This document shows, piece by piece, positions 12,278-25,018 of a stretch of DNA of 64,000 nucleotides. Within the stretch, counting starts at the first letter, position 1. Every line of letters begins with the position of its first letter. Below the pieces are notes generated by a model. That model made no database searches, was not told the DNA's origin, and was given only the letters and a program-made list of their open reading frames with translations. Source of the stretch: Eledone cirrhosa. Lineage: Eukaryota. Location: contig OZ024740.1 of NCBI GenBank assembly GCA_964016885.1, positions 189,844,001-189,908,000 of the forward strand. The letters run 5' to 3'. Made by a program: the position numbers and the translations under genes.

Positions 12278-14927
12278 GGAAGATGATTCTATTAGTAGAA
12301 ATGGGGGAGGGAGTTGTGTGTGTGGGTGTGTATAAGGGTGTTATGTGTGTGTGTGTGTGTGTGTGGGAGTATGATAAGATGGAGAGAATATATATATTTT
12401 GTGTGTGTGTATATATGTGTGTAAGAAAATGATTTTATTAGTAGAAATGGGGAGGGAGTTGTGTGTGTGGGAGTATGGTTAGCATGTTAAGATGAAGAGA
12501 ATATATATATTCTGTGTGGGTGTGTGTGTGTCGGAAAATGATTCCGTTAGTAGGAATATTTTTGAATGGACATATTTTCCTTACTTATTCGTATATGTTC
12601 TGTTGTATTGTCAGCGCAAACGTATGTTAAGATTCATTTAGTTCGGGTTTTTATTTTTTAAAGTAGCAGGTGTTATGTGTGTGTGTGTATGTGTCTGTTT
12701 GGATGGTTAGCATTTTGTGGTATTGACATAATGTATATTAAACCATATTTAATGCTGGTTTATATTTTTGAATAAACATATTTTCCTTATTTATTCGTAT
12801 TTGTTCTGTTGTATTGTCAGCGCAAAGGTAAAATGGGAAGACTTGGAATTTGGGTGTCTTATTACTTGTGCATATGTCTAGATAGGCGCTTAGTGGTATC
12901 TGTCTCGTGGTTGGATCTCGTAATCGTTGGCGATGAACTGTCATTCTGTTTTTGAGTGTGAGTTTATTTTGTCCTATATAATCTTCATTGCATCCTTTAC
13001 ATTTAATGGCATAATCTAGATTTTTTGATGAGCAAGTGAAGTGATTTTTTATAGCAAAGTTTTGTCCTGATTTAAATGTGTACGTGTTGCCTTCAATGAG
13101 GTGAGTGCAGGTTCCACAATTAGAACGACCACATTTTTTGACATTTGGTTGTGGGTTTGTGGTTGGTAATTTGGCAATGGTGAGTAATGTTTTCAGTTAT
13201 TTCGGTTGTCGTTTGCTTTTGATTATTTTGTTTGTTTCAAGGGCTTTTCTCATTCTTGGACCTTCTTTTAGTAGTGGGATGTTCTTGTGAATAGTGTTGT
13301 AAGCTTCCGCATTTTTTGGGTTGTGTGTTGAGATATATGACAGAATATTGGACGTACCTTGAAATTGTTTCTGTTTTCGTAATTCATCAATGTCTATTGC
13401 TTTAGTCCTTTCTATTCCATTATTTATTAGTAATGGTGGGTACTCCCTTTCGAGTAGAATTTCATTTAATTCTTGAAGTCTTTTATTTCGCGTTTCATAA
13501 TTGGAGACAATTGTGCAAATTCTTCTTGCTAGGTTAAAAGGAATGTTCGTCTTCGTGTGCTTTGGATGGTTGGGGTGAATAGCAAGTATTGTTTGGAATA
13601 TGTTGCTTTGTAGTGTATGTCAGTTTCAATATTTGTGTCTTTTTTTAAGAGTAAGATGTCCAGAAATGGGAGTTGATCTTGGCTGTATTCCATTGTGAAT
13701 TGGATGTGGTTATTGATGCCGTTTATTAAGTTTTTGAAATCCTTCAGTTGGTCGAGTGTGTGGGACCAAAGAATGAGACAATCATCCAAGTAGCGTTTCC
13801 AATTCTCTGATAAATATTTGTGCAAGTTCAATCCGTATTTTGATTTGAACTGTTCATATATCTAGACTTCTACGTATGCCATGATTAAGTTGGCATAAGT
13901 TGGAGCGGCTTTTGTACCCATCGCAGTCCCCGATATTTGCTTGTCAGTACTGCCATCGAAATCAAAAAAGTTGTTCTGTAAGATAAATTGTAATCCCTCG
14001 GTGATGAAGCTTTTTTCTGTTCAGCAAGGTATCTCTTTGAGATATTTCTATAGCCAGAATTCTATTTGTTCTAGTCTGTATTGGTGTGAGATCGTTATGT
14101 AGAGATTCACTATATCGAAAGACACAATAATAGTGTCGTTGTTGACATGTTTGGGGAGGTGGTTTAAGAGGTCCAGATCGTCTCTTATAAGGCTTGGTAT
14201 GTGTTTGAGAATTGGTTTTAGTAGTATGTCTATAAAGTTGCTCAGTTGTGTGTTTCATATTGTGGGCCCGCTACAATTGGTCTTAATTTAAGGTCTGCGG
14301 GGTATTGTGTGTTCACGCAGGCTGAGGTGGATTGTTTACAGGCATCGTTAATTATTTTACACTTGTGGATCTTCGGAAGTCTGTAAAGGTTGCTGGTTTT
14401 GTATTCAACATGTGTTAAATAATTGCGTTCCTTTTTAGTTATGTCTTCCTGGTATTGACAAATCTGTGTGTTTAATCTGGTCATTGTCTTTGATTGCTGG
14501 TAGTTTTTTACTCTTTCATAGTAATTAGTATTTTGTAAGAGAGAAAACATGGAATTTTTATATTTTTCAGCATCCATATTGACAACAGTACTTCCCTTGT
14601 CCGCTTCCTTAACTATAATGTCCGTATTGTTTTTTAGTTCATGGATAATCTCCCATTCCCTTCGACTCGTGTTGGGTTTGGGTTTAGGTTGCAGTAGTTC
14701 ATGGTATGGGAAAGTAGCTATGTGGTCACAAAATTTGTCCAGAACTCTGTTTCTACCTTTTGTTGGGTTATAGCTGCTTTTATTCCGTACAATTGATTGG
14801 TCGTTATCCTCCTTGTCAAAGAATTCCTCTGTGAGACGTAATTGTCTATAGAAGTGTGAGACAACGTCATTTATCTCATTGAGGTTAAAGTATTGTAGTG
14901 CTGGTGTGAATTTCAGTCCTTTGGAGA

Positions 14928-15113
14928 TAATTGTTTCTACTTTTGGCACAAGGCCAGCAATTACCCAGTGTATTACTGGTACTTTATTTTATCGACCCCA
15001 TAAGGATGAAAGGCAAAGTTAACCTCGGCGGGATTTGAACTCAGAATGGCAAGGGCCGTAACTCTATGCGTCAAAGCATGGCGTCCGACCCTCTACCGAT
15101 ACTGCCAATCCAT
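14928..15113 (-). mobile_element. SINE family A inserted in the PLE ORF
   Basis: A-box-like tggcagtatcgg and B-box gagttcaaatcc on the minus strand. 12-bp TSD tttggagataat at 14920-14931 and 15113-15124. Confidence 0.9.
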
Positions 15114-15785
15114 TTGGAGATAATGTTTACTTGTTGGGCTGAGAGGTTTGTATTTGAAAGGTTGATTATTTTCGGTTTTTCAAGATCGGTTTGTGCCACC
15201 GGGTGTCGTGGTCTAAAAAATGATTTTTCTGGAATATTTTTTCAATGGTATTATTATATCTAATGGTATTTCCCCTGTTGTTGTGTGGTCTTGTATAGAA
15301 GTTTAGAACGTAATGAGGTTCGGTTTGTTGATAGTCCGGGTTGTAGATTGTGTTCTTTTGTGTGGGTTGGGATCTACGGTTTTGGAACAGGCTCTGTGAG
15401 GGCAGGGGTCTACGGTTTTGGAATAGCTTTTGTTTGGGTTGTGATCTGCGGATCGGGTCCTGTCTTGTGTTGGGGGATCTTCGGTTTTTGTTAGTAGCGT
15501 TATAGTTTTGTCTATGGGTTCTGGGATTATCGTTATAGTTTTGCTGGGGTTATTTTGGAGGTTTTGTTACTTTTTTGTTATTTGTTGTGCATGTGGTGTG
15601 TGAGTTTTAGTTTGTTTTAAAAATGGGTTACCTGTATGTTGTTCATTTTTGAAGTCCATTTCGTAGTTGTTGAACCAGGAGGCGTTTTTTCACATCGCTG
15701 GAGGGATGTTAGTTCTTCATCCTCACGGTTTTCCTTCCAAAGTTTTAAGGTTTTTTCGTAGAGTAGGCCTTCAGAGTGCTTTGAG

Positions 15786-15869
15786 ATTTCTGTGTCCTTC
15801 GCAACAGTTCTATTTCTGTGTCCTTCGCAACAGTTCTATTTCTGTGTCCTTCGCAACAGTTCTATTTCT
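15786..15869. repeat. 26-bp tandem repeat x3
   Basis: atttctgtgtccttcgcaacagttct occurs three times. Confidence 0.9.
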
Positions 15870-16370
15870 ATTTAAACATTTTCTAAAGCCATCTTCTCCC
15901 CAAGTCTTTGTTGGTTTTCTGGTTCATTTGGGATGGGTTTTATATGGAGTTTTTTGGGAGGATGATTGGGGTAGAGTTTAGCCACTTCTCATATATGTCT
16001 GCCTTGCCATTATTTTTTAGGAGATTACAAAATAAGAATTTGCGGGCTGTGGGATTTTGAGTTCATATATAGATTAGGGTGTTTTTCACTGAGTGGACAC
16101 CTAGTAGATTGGGTTTAATGGTTGTTCCAGCTTTTGGAGCATTGCTGTTTCAATGGTTTCGATTATTTTATTTAATGCTGGAGTAATATTCGTCTCTTGG
16201 GTATTTTCTGTTTCTTCGTAGGGTCCTTTTTTCTAGATGTGTATTTGGTCCACTCTGTTGGTCAAAATTGAGAGTTTAGAGGAAATCTCTTGAAGTTCAT
16301 TTAAGATGTCCTGGTTCGAGACTTTGGTGGCATTTTGGGTCTTTGTGTGGTGGGTATGTATTAGAAAGTG

Positions 16371-16406
<36 letters not shown>

Positions 16407-16520
16407 ATGAAAAATAACCGAGGTGTCCTACACGAGTGTTAGAATAAAAAAAAAGATGAAATCGAAAATGCAACTGGAGTCTTATTTTTAAAAATATATA
16501 TATATATATCTATTTGGTTC

Positions 16521-16556
16521 CTTTACCGGTTTCGCAATTCTTCTGCTTTTCAAAAG
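16521..16556 (-). ncRNA. Minimal HHR with U3-A8 core
   Basis: ctt-TTGAAAA-gcag aagaa ttgc-GAAA-ccgg-TA-aag. The sister copy at 11691-11726 has G12A. Confidence 0.68.
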
Positions 16557-17798
16557 TAGAGTTGAGATGGAGGGTCTGTGGTTTTTCTCACATCTGGTTG
16601 GTCTCTGAATATTACTTGTTTTATATGGAAAAAAAGTGGCTCGAAACGCCAGGTTTTTAGAGAAGTAATTTGATTGGTTGGTCAATAATTATAATACATT
16701 TCGCGCCAGGTCACGTTACAAAGTTCTTCAAACACTTGCTCAGGTTGTTTTTTCATATATGAGTGTTTGAATTTCTTTTTACTTAAAACAATGGGGGCTC
16801 ACGAAGTCTTTTTTTTAATAAACGTAATTTGATTGGTTATAAATGAAATTATGGTTGTCACGTGAACAAGTTTTCATTAAATTTCGCACCCGTATTTTGA
16901 AATTTATTCTGTAGCCTTTTTAGAGAATTTTATGACAAGCAAAAGATAATGGTCAAGAGAAATGGGGTGGGAGAATTGTTCTGGTTCAGGAATATGGTTA
17001 GTTCGCTGGGGTGTCAGAATTCAGATTTTCTATTGAAATAAAGAAAGTAAAGATATGTATGTTCATGTGTGTGCTTGTGCTTGTGTGTGTGTGTGTGTGT
17101 GTGTATAAGAAGATGATTCTATTAGTAGAAATGGGGAGGGAGTTGTGTTTGTGGGTGTGTATATGGGTGTTATGTGTGTGTGTGTGGGAGTATTTTAAGA
17201 TGGAGAGAATATATATATTTCGTGTGTTTGTATATATGTGTGTAGGAAAGTGATTCTATTAGTAGAAATGGGGGAGGGAGTTGTGTGTGTGAGAGGGGTT
17301 GTTATGTGTGTGTATGGGTGTTATGTGTGTGTGGGAGTATGGTTAGCATGTTAAGATGAACAGACTATATATATATTGTGTGTGTGTGTGTATGTAGGAA
17401 AATTATTACGTTAGTAGGAATATTTTTGAATGAATACATTTTCCTTACTTATTCGTATTTGTTCTGTTGTATTGTCAGCGCAAACGTATGTTAAACGTAT
17501 ATATATCTATATTGATAGTCTTTTCGAGTAATGCCATCACTTGATACATAAAGAGGAGGAGCACAGACTTGGATTGTGAGTCCTGCTAGGGAGATGTATA
17601 TGGCCAGCAATGCCAGGTATCGCAAACAAACGTCACATATGAAGCAACGCCTGTGCTTGAAGCTGTTTTTAAATGAGAAAAGGTTTTTAAATACATAATC
17701 CGTGATTTTAGGATTTTTCTATTTCTAATACTAGGTAGTAAGTAATAGCTAAACATAGGGAAAGAATCAATATAACCTTATAATATTTTATCATTCAA

Positions 17799-18406
17799 AT
17801 AATTGTTTCTACCTTTGGCAAAAGGCCAGCAATTACCCAGTGCATTTCTGGTACTTTATTTTATCGAGCCCGTAAGGATGAAAAGCAGAGTTAACCTCGG
17901 CGGGATTTAAACTCGGATCATAAAGGGAGGTAACTCTATGCTTCAAAGCATGGCGTCCGACCCTCTTCCGATACTGCCAATCCACCGCCTTATGGATTTT
18001 ATCATTAAACTAATTGTTTCTACTTTTTGGCACAAGGCCAGCAATTACCCAGTGCATTATTGGTACTTTATTTTATCGACCCCGTAAGGATGAAAGGCAA
18101 GGTAAGCTCGGCGGGATTCGAACTCAGAATGGCAAGGGCCGTACCTATGCATCAAAGCATGGCGTCTGACCCTCTACCGATACTGCCAATCCACCGCCCG
18201 TATTTTATCATTCAAATAATTGTTCTACTTTTGGCACAAGGCCAGCAATTACTCAGTGTATTACTGGTACTTTATTTTATCGATTCCATAAGGATGAAAG
18301 GCAAAGTTAATCTCGGCGAGATTTGAACTCAGAATGGCAAGGGCCGTAACTTTATGCGTCAATGCATGGCGTCCGATTCTCTACCGATACTGCCAATCTA
18401 CCGCCT
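17799..18406 (-). mobile_element. Three head-to-tail SINE family A copies
   Basis: Units at about 17799-17990, 18011-18200 and 18218-18406, separated and flanked by ttttatcattcaaataat-like repeats. Confidence 0.9.
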
Positions 18407-19252
18407 TTTATCATTCAAATAATATTAAGTAATCAGTGTTAAGTGGAGAAGCCATACCAGTTGTCATTACAAACCTCTTAGATTGTCTTCAAATTGGACA
18501 TCTTACAGCAGAAGTAAGTTATTATTAGAGTACCGTGTACAATAATACTGAAAAAGAACAAAACAAAACATTATCAAATTTAGAGACATCTACGTAATAT
18601 TAAGGCAATGTTTGAAGTTGCTTAATCAACCCATTGAAATTTTGTTATTTACATTGATTTTTTTCTTCTGTCATGTTACTCGTCACCAATCATTCGGGTC
18701 ACGGTAAAACTATGTGTGTAATTCTATCGATCATTTACTGGCATATAAATTGAACTTTCTTTACCATGTGGTGATTATTTCCTTGAACTTAAAATCAAAC
18801 ATCAATATCTTCTGTTATCTTTTGACATTGGAAAAAATGTTCAAACTATTTTACTTGACATCATCATTGACAAGATTATATTCATTTCTTTTCTTTTGCA
18901 AGTTTATGCATTTATTATCATATTATTATTATTGTTGTTTTTTAAAATATTCAACTGTATGAGCCATCTTAAATATAGTTTCCTTTTCAACCGGATATCA
19001 GCTGTAGATACTGTCTCTTTTGATAACAACAGATCAAAATAACAATTTGTTAGATGAAAGATGTCATCTTTGAGATGTTATTCATAAGGCCCTTTCGATC
19101 ATTTGAACATAAATCTGAAATACAACTATTTATTGATGACTTGTCATTAATGCTTATGATGTTTGTCTCATTACAGTCATTACTTTATCTGATTTCAGAT
19201 TGAAGCTGTAGCAAACACAAACAGGTACACACAGTTACACACACAGACAAAC

Positions 19253-19284
<32 letters not shown>

Positions 19285-19289
<5 letters not shown>

Positions 19290-19351
19290 TTTAATATAGA
19301 TGAGATTCTACAGGACTAATACTGTTTCATTCTTTAGAAATCATCAGGAAT

Positions 19352-19392
<41 letters not shown>

Positions 19393-19455
19393 TTTTAATA
19401 TAGATGAGATTCTACAGGACTAGAACTGTTTCATTCTTTAGAAATCATCAGGTAT

Positions 19456-19458
<3 letters not shown>
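19285..19458 (-). ncRNA. Two ~68-nt HHR cassettes embedded in (TA)n
   Basis: 19285-19353 and 19390-19458 are nearly identical to 6596-6661. Confidence 0.8.
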
Positions 19459-19504
<46 letters not shown>

Positions 19505-21554
19505 TCCCTATATATATATATATATATATATTGTGATAAAATGATCACGAGAGATGTAAGCAAATTCTGCAAATATACGTTTATATATATTGGGGAACAA
19601 CGCAATTTATACAAGAAGATATCAAAATATATATCTAATTAGAATTATTCCAAGTATTAATTAATGTTTCGTAAATCTAGTAACAATTAAAAGAAAATAA
19701 TAAGTGTACGCATATGCCCGCTAATTCTCTTACAAAATGATGTAATGAGTTGTGTTATCTTCCTATAATCCAACCGTATAAAACGGCCGTAAAAAAAAAA
19801 AGAAAGTAGATTGTAATTAGGATATCCCTAATATTGAATAGCTGGTAATGAATATCATTTCAGGCTGTTTAAATTCTTGTTGAGACATATGTAGAATATT
19901 ATCCTCGTTAGATCATGATATGCACCAGTGTATTTAAATGCAAAACTGCATATAGACACGCAAACACACGTCTCATAGAGATACACATCACAAAGAATAT
20001 AACCCTGCATACATACACACAATTACATACGCACGCTTGCGTGTATATATATATATATATATAAACATATTGGTCGCGGTAAAAATAAACACAATATGTA
20101 AACTATATACAAATCGTATATTCATGTCGAATGGAACGTAAAAAAATATTCCCACGTTACCTTTTCTGGAGTGGAATAAAATAATAAAAGCATAAGAATG
20201 AAATATGAAACACTTTAAAGCGGTGCCTTGTTGGCAAATAGATGTGCTTCAAATGGCTACAACCCTCTACAAACACATACACTTTAACACACAGACATAG
20301 GCACACACACACCCATATATACACACATATGGAATAATAAATGTGAAATAAATAAAGTAGATAATATTCAGTTATTCGAAGCGAATGATTTTACCCTGTC
20401 ACTATTCCGATTTAGCGTTACATGTAAAATAGAATGATGTCGAGGTTGTAACAATTGATTCATGTATATGAAAATTTATGGAAATGAATTTATCATTTTT
20501 CTGTATATTGTTTGTCTTCCCCTACAGAATATTACACAGATATCTGAATCCAGAATATGTAATTGTTAGAAACCTATCAGTGCTAACCAGATGTTCTAGC
20601 TGGTTCATTAGAAATTGTGTCTCCATGTTTAGTGACTCGGGACTTATTTTATCAAGTAGTTGTAATTAATTATAAGAACGAAGTGTAATTACGGGAAATA
20701 TTCATTCCGTTGAATTTTTTTGTAAGTTATGGATTGCGTTCGTAAGCGTTCCAAGTTACTGAGAGATTTTTCTATATATCCCTTTCCTTAAGATATATCA
20801 TTATTTTGTTTGAGCTGTCACACCCACACACATGCATATACACACACACAGACACACAGACACATAGACACATAGACACATACACACTCTCTCGCACACC
20901 TCCTGTGTCATGCCATCATATGTTTTCCTTCTTTCTGTCTCTGTGTCTATCTGTCTCATCTTCTGAATTGGAGATGTCATTTGTTTCAAGCGTAAGATTT
21001 CAGTTAATAACAAATGCTGAAGATAACACGTCATACATTATGGCTTTCGCTACATTCTGTCATTTCACATTTGTAATTACTTGTTGGTGTCGATTTTTGT
21101 TAAGTTTTCAATGGAGTGCCTTCTATTCCCTGAAGCAGATATACTAAAATATATTAAAATATCGTATTTGTTACAAGGGCTGAACAAGTAGAATGCGTGA
21201 ATGCATTTACTTCGGCCTCACCTTTTATTCTTTATGTAGATAATAATGGCTAATTGCTGTTGTTTAGCCATAAATTAGTCCAAGTGTCACAGACTTATAT
21301 TCAAAGACGTTATAGTCTTGATACCTTTGGTATTTTAATATTATTTCAAGTATCTTTCCCGTTTTAAAGGGAGGATCGTCTGAGGTGATAGAACCGCATA
21401 GAGGTTTCAGTGTTGGCTCGTTTTGTGCAGCCGTATATTCAATCAAATACCGACTTATCGTGGAAAATAGTATCTAGTCGAGGGAAGAAGCTAATACATT
21501 TGACTTGTTTAACCACTGATGAATTCACCCGAAAAGTACTGGTCAGGACAAATT

Positions 21555-21731
21555 AACTTACAGATCGCCAGACACCATGCTATGCAGCATAGATTTACGG
21601 CCCTTTATATTCTGAGTTCAAATGCCACCGAGGTTAACTTTGCTTTTCATCCTTACGAGTTCGATAAAATAAAGCACCAGTAATGCACAAGGGAAATTGC
21701 TGGCCTTGTGCCAAAAGTAGAAACAGTTATT
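21555..21731 (+). mobile_element. SINE family A (diverged)
   Basis: ctgagttcaaat..gaggttaactttg..gccttgtgccaaaagtagaaaca. Confidence 0.8.
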
Positions 21732-22109
21732 TAATTTAGTCCTTGCTTTAAATATTGATAAATGAGGTCTGCTTTTTGTCTTTATCGCATCAGATTGTTC
21801 CTTCCGTTTTTATCCTCTACAAAAGTTATTATCTAGCAAAGTTTTATATAATTATATTAGGAAATATAATTATATTAGGAAAAATATTATCATAATTATA
21901 TTTACGATTCATTCAGAGTAACCGGCATATTTAATTTTTGCACCCTATTGTCCCTAAGTGTGTTTTCCTTCTTGAATTTATTTAATTTTTGTTAGGTAGC
22001 TAGTGATGTTTAGAATTTTGTGAACGTAACATGATAATAGATAATCGTCCTTTTAAAACATGAAAGAGTTAATGCAAAAGTGGCAAATGATATATATAAT
22101 GTTATATAT

Positions 22110-22161
<52 letters not shown>

Positions 22162-22194
22162 TATTCACCTCCAACCATTATATATATATCTATC

Positions 22195-23042
22195 TGCTAT
22201 TCACCTCCAACCATCCAAAGCACACGAAGACGAACATTCCTGTTAACCTAGCAAGAAGAATTTGCACAATTGTCTCCAATTATGAAACGCGAAATAAAAG
22301 ACTTCAAGAATTAAAGGAAATTCTACTTGAGAGAGAGTACCCACTATTACTAATAAATAATGGAATAGAAAGGGCTAAAGCAATAGGCATTGAAGAATTA
22401 CGGAAACAGAAACAATTTCAAGGTACGTCCAATATTCTATCATATATCTCAACACACAACCCAAGAAATGCGGAAGCTTACAACACTATTCACAATAACA
22501 TCCCACTACTAAAACAAAACCCAAGAATGAAAAAAGCCCTTGAAACACACAAAATAATCAAAAGCAAAAGACAAACAAAATCACTGAAAACATTACTCAC
22601 CAATGCCAAATTACCTACCACAAACCCACAACCAAGTATCAAAAAATGTGGTCGCTCTAATTGTGGAACCTGCACTCACCTCATTGAAGGCAACACATAT
22701 ACATTTAAATCAGGACAAAATTTTACTGTAAAAAATCACTTCACTTGCTCATCAAAAAATCTAATTTATGCCATTAAATGTAAAGGATGCAATGAAGATT
22801 ATATAGGACAAACTAAACTCACACTCAGAAACAGAATGACAGTTCATCGCCAACAATTACGAGATCCAACCACGAGACAGATACCACTAAGTGCACATCT
22901 AGACATTTGCGCAAGTAATAAGACACCCAAATTCCAAGTCTTCCCATTTTACCTTTGCGCTAACAATACAATAGAACAAATGCGAATAAATAAGGAAAAT
23001 ATGTTTATTCAAAAATATAGACCAACATTAAATAAGGTTTAA
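22195..23042 (+). CDS. Open C-terminal part of PLE protein: RT thumb, CGRSNCGTC linker, GIY-YIG endonuclease
   Basis: SNHPKHTKTNIP..LARR and NLIYAIKCKGCNEDYIGQTKLTLRNRMTVHR. The N-terminus in the ORF track is a microsatellite artefact. Confidence 0.85.
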
Positions 23043-24073
23043 TATACATTATGTCAACACCACAATATGACATACACACACACACATAACACCTACTTTA
23101 GAAAATAAAAACCCGAACTAAATAAACCTTAAACATACGTTTGCACTGGCAATACAACAGCAAACACGAAAAAGTCAGGAAAATATGTTCATTCAAAAAT
23201 ATTCCTACTAAAGGAATCATTTTCCTACACACACACATACACATACACAATATATATATATATATATATTCTCTTCATCTTAACATGCTAACCATACTCC
23301 CACACACATAACACCCATACACACACAAAAAAACCCCCACACCTACAACACCCTCCCCATTTCTACTAATAGAACCACTTTCCTACACACATATATATAT
23401 ACACACACACAAAAAATATATATTCTCTCTATCTAACATACTCGCACACACACACATAACACCCATATACACACACACACAACTCCCTCCCCCATCTCTA
23501 CTAATAGAATCATCTTCTAATACACACATACACATACACACACACACATATACACACACACAAGCACACAAATAAACACATATCTTCAGTCTCAATAGAA
23601 AATCTGAACTCTGACACCTGAACTCTGACAGCTGGCCATATTCACTGAACCAGAACATTTCTCCCAATCCCTTTTCCCTTGACCACTATCTCTCCATTGT
23701 CATAACATTCACTATAAAGACTACAGAATAGTTTTCCAAATAAGGGCGCAAAAATGTAATGAAAACTTGTTCACGTGACAGCCAAATTTCATTTATAACC
23801 AACCAAAAAAAACCTTCGTGAGCCTCATTTTTTCAAGTAAAAAGAAATTCAAACACTCATATATGAAAAAGCAACCTGTGACAACACCCCCCCTCTCTTA
23901 TTTGAAGAACTATTGTAACGCGAACTGGCGCGAAATTTATTATAATTATTGACAAACCAATCAAATTACTTCTCGAAAAACCTGGATTTCGAGCCAGTTT
24001 TTCCATATAAAACAAGTAACATTTAGAGACCAACCAGATGGGAGAAAAACCACAGACCCTCTATCTCAACTCA

Positions 24074-24111
24074 CCCTTTGAAAAGCAGAAGAACTGCGAA
24101 ACCGGTAAAGG
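24074..24111 (+). ncRNA. Minimal HHR with U3-A8 core and palindromic stem III
   Basis: TTGAAAA-gcag aagaa ctgc-GAAA-ccgg-TA-aagg. Confidence 0.68.
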
Positions 24112-24242
24112 AACCAAATAAATATATATATTTTAAATAAAAATAAGACTTCAGTTGCATTTTCGATTTCATCCCTTTTTCTTTATACTTCCACTCGTGT
24201 AGGACACCTCGGTTATTTTTCATTTTGTAAAAAAAACCTCAC

Positions 24243-24270
<28 letters not shown>

Positions 24271-24273
<3 letters not shown>

Positions 24274-25018
24274 AAAACAAATAACGAAACGAAATTAAAT
24301 TTCGTTTCGTTTGTAACTCACTTTTGGATGACTGACGCTTAAACAATTAAGTTAAAAATGTACATCTACATATGCATACTGAAATACTAGTATGCATATG
24401 AATACACACACGTATACATATGTAGATGTACCAAGTCTTTCACTGGTTACTTTACTGTGAGTAATCCAGCTATTCTGTATGTAAACACACAGACAAACCG
24501 GTTTTAGAGTCATACTGGTTTTCGAGGAAACACCTTTCCTCTATTCTCCAGAAAGCCAGACAAGGAATATTGAACTAGTTTCGTTGTTGTTACAACTCAT
24601 CAGCAATATTTACCTATCTACCGGCCTTTCTGGAGAATCGTAAAAGCACATATCGTTATATGCTTTTTCTATGAAAATTAGTAGTGGGCAGACTAATTTG
24701 CATAGAGTGTGAGTACGTAACGGTTCAACGGAGACGATAAAAACAATTAACGAAACGAAATTAAATTTCGTTTCGTTTGTAACTCACTTTTGTATGACTG
24801 ACGCTTAAACAATTAAGTTAAAAATGTACATCTACATATGCATACTGAAATACTAGTATGCATATGAATACACACACGTATACATATGTAGATGTACCAA
24901 GTCTTTCACTGGTTACTTTACTGTGAGTAATCCAGCTATTCTGTATGTAAACACACAGACAAACCGGTTTTTAGAGTCATACTGGTTTTCGAGGAAACAC
25001 CTTTCTTTTAACTTAATT

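Larger units (their letters stand above)
12738..16350 (-). pseudogene. Disrupted PLE polyprotein (N-terminal extension, RT, Cys linker, GIY-YIG)
   Basis: SKGLKFTP, IIVKEADKGSTVV, YRLPKIHK, LRPIVAG, WKRYLDDC, IQFTME, LPFLD. A SINE interrupts it at 14928-15113. Confidence 0.9.
11541..17494 (-). mobile_element. Near full-length Neptune-like PLE with direct pseudo-LTRs
   Basis: About 1.1-kb direct repeats at 11541-~12630 and 16359-17494 enclose an RT/GIY-YIG ORF remnant. (TA)n flanks. Confidence 0.9.
22195..24250 (+). mobile_element. 5'-truncated Neptune-like PLE, same family as 11541-17494
   Basis: ORF end plus a full 3' pLTR ending at (TA)n. Confidence 0.9.

Noticed and set aside
15786-15869. 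CRISPR-like repeat
   Set aside because: Contiguous tandem repeat with no spacers, in eukaryotic DNA.
17799-18406. tRNA genes
   Set aside because: A/B boxes belong to SINE heads and no cloverleaf is evident.
21512-21543. acca-CTGATGA-attcaccc-GAAA-agtac-tggt
   Set aside because: Stem II does not pair and no NUH triplet is in register.
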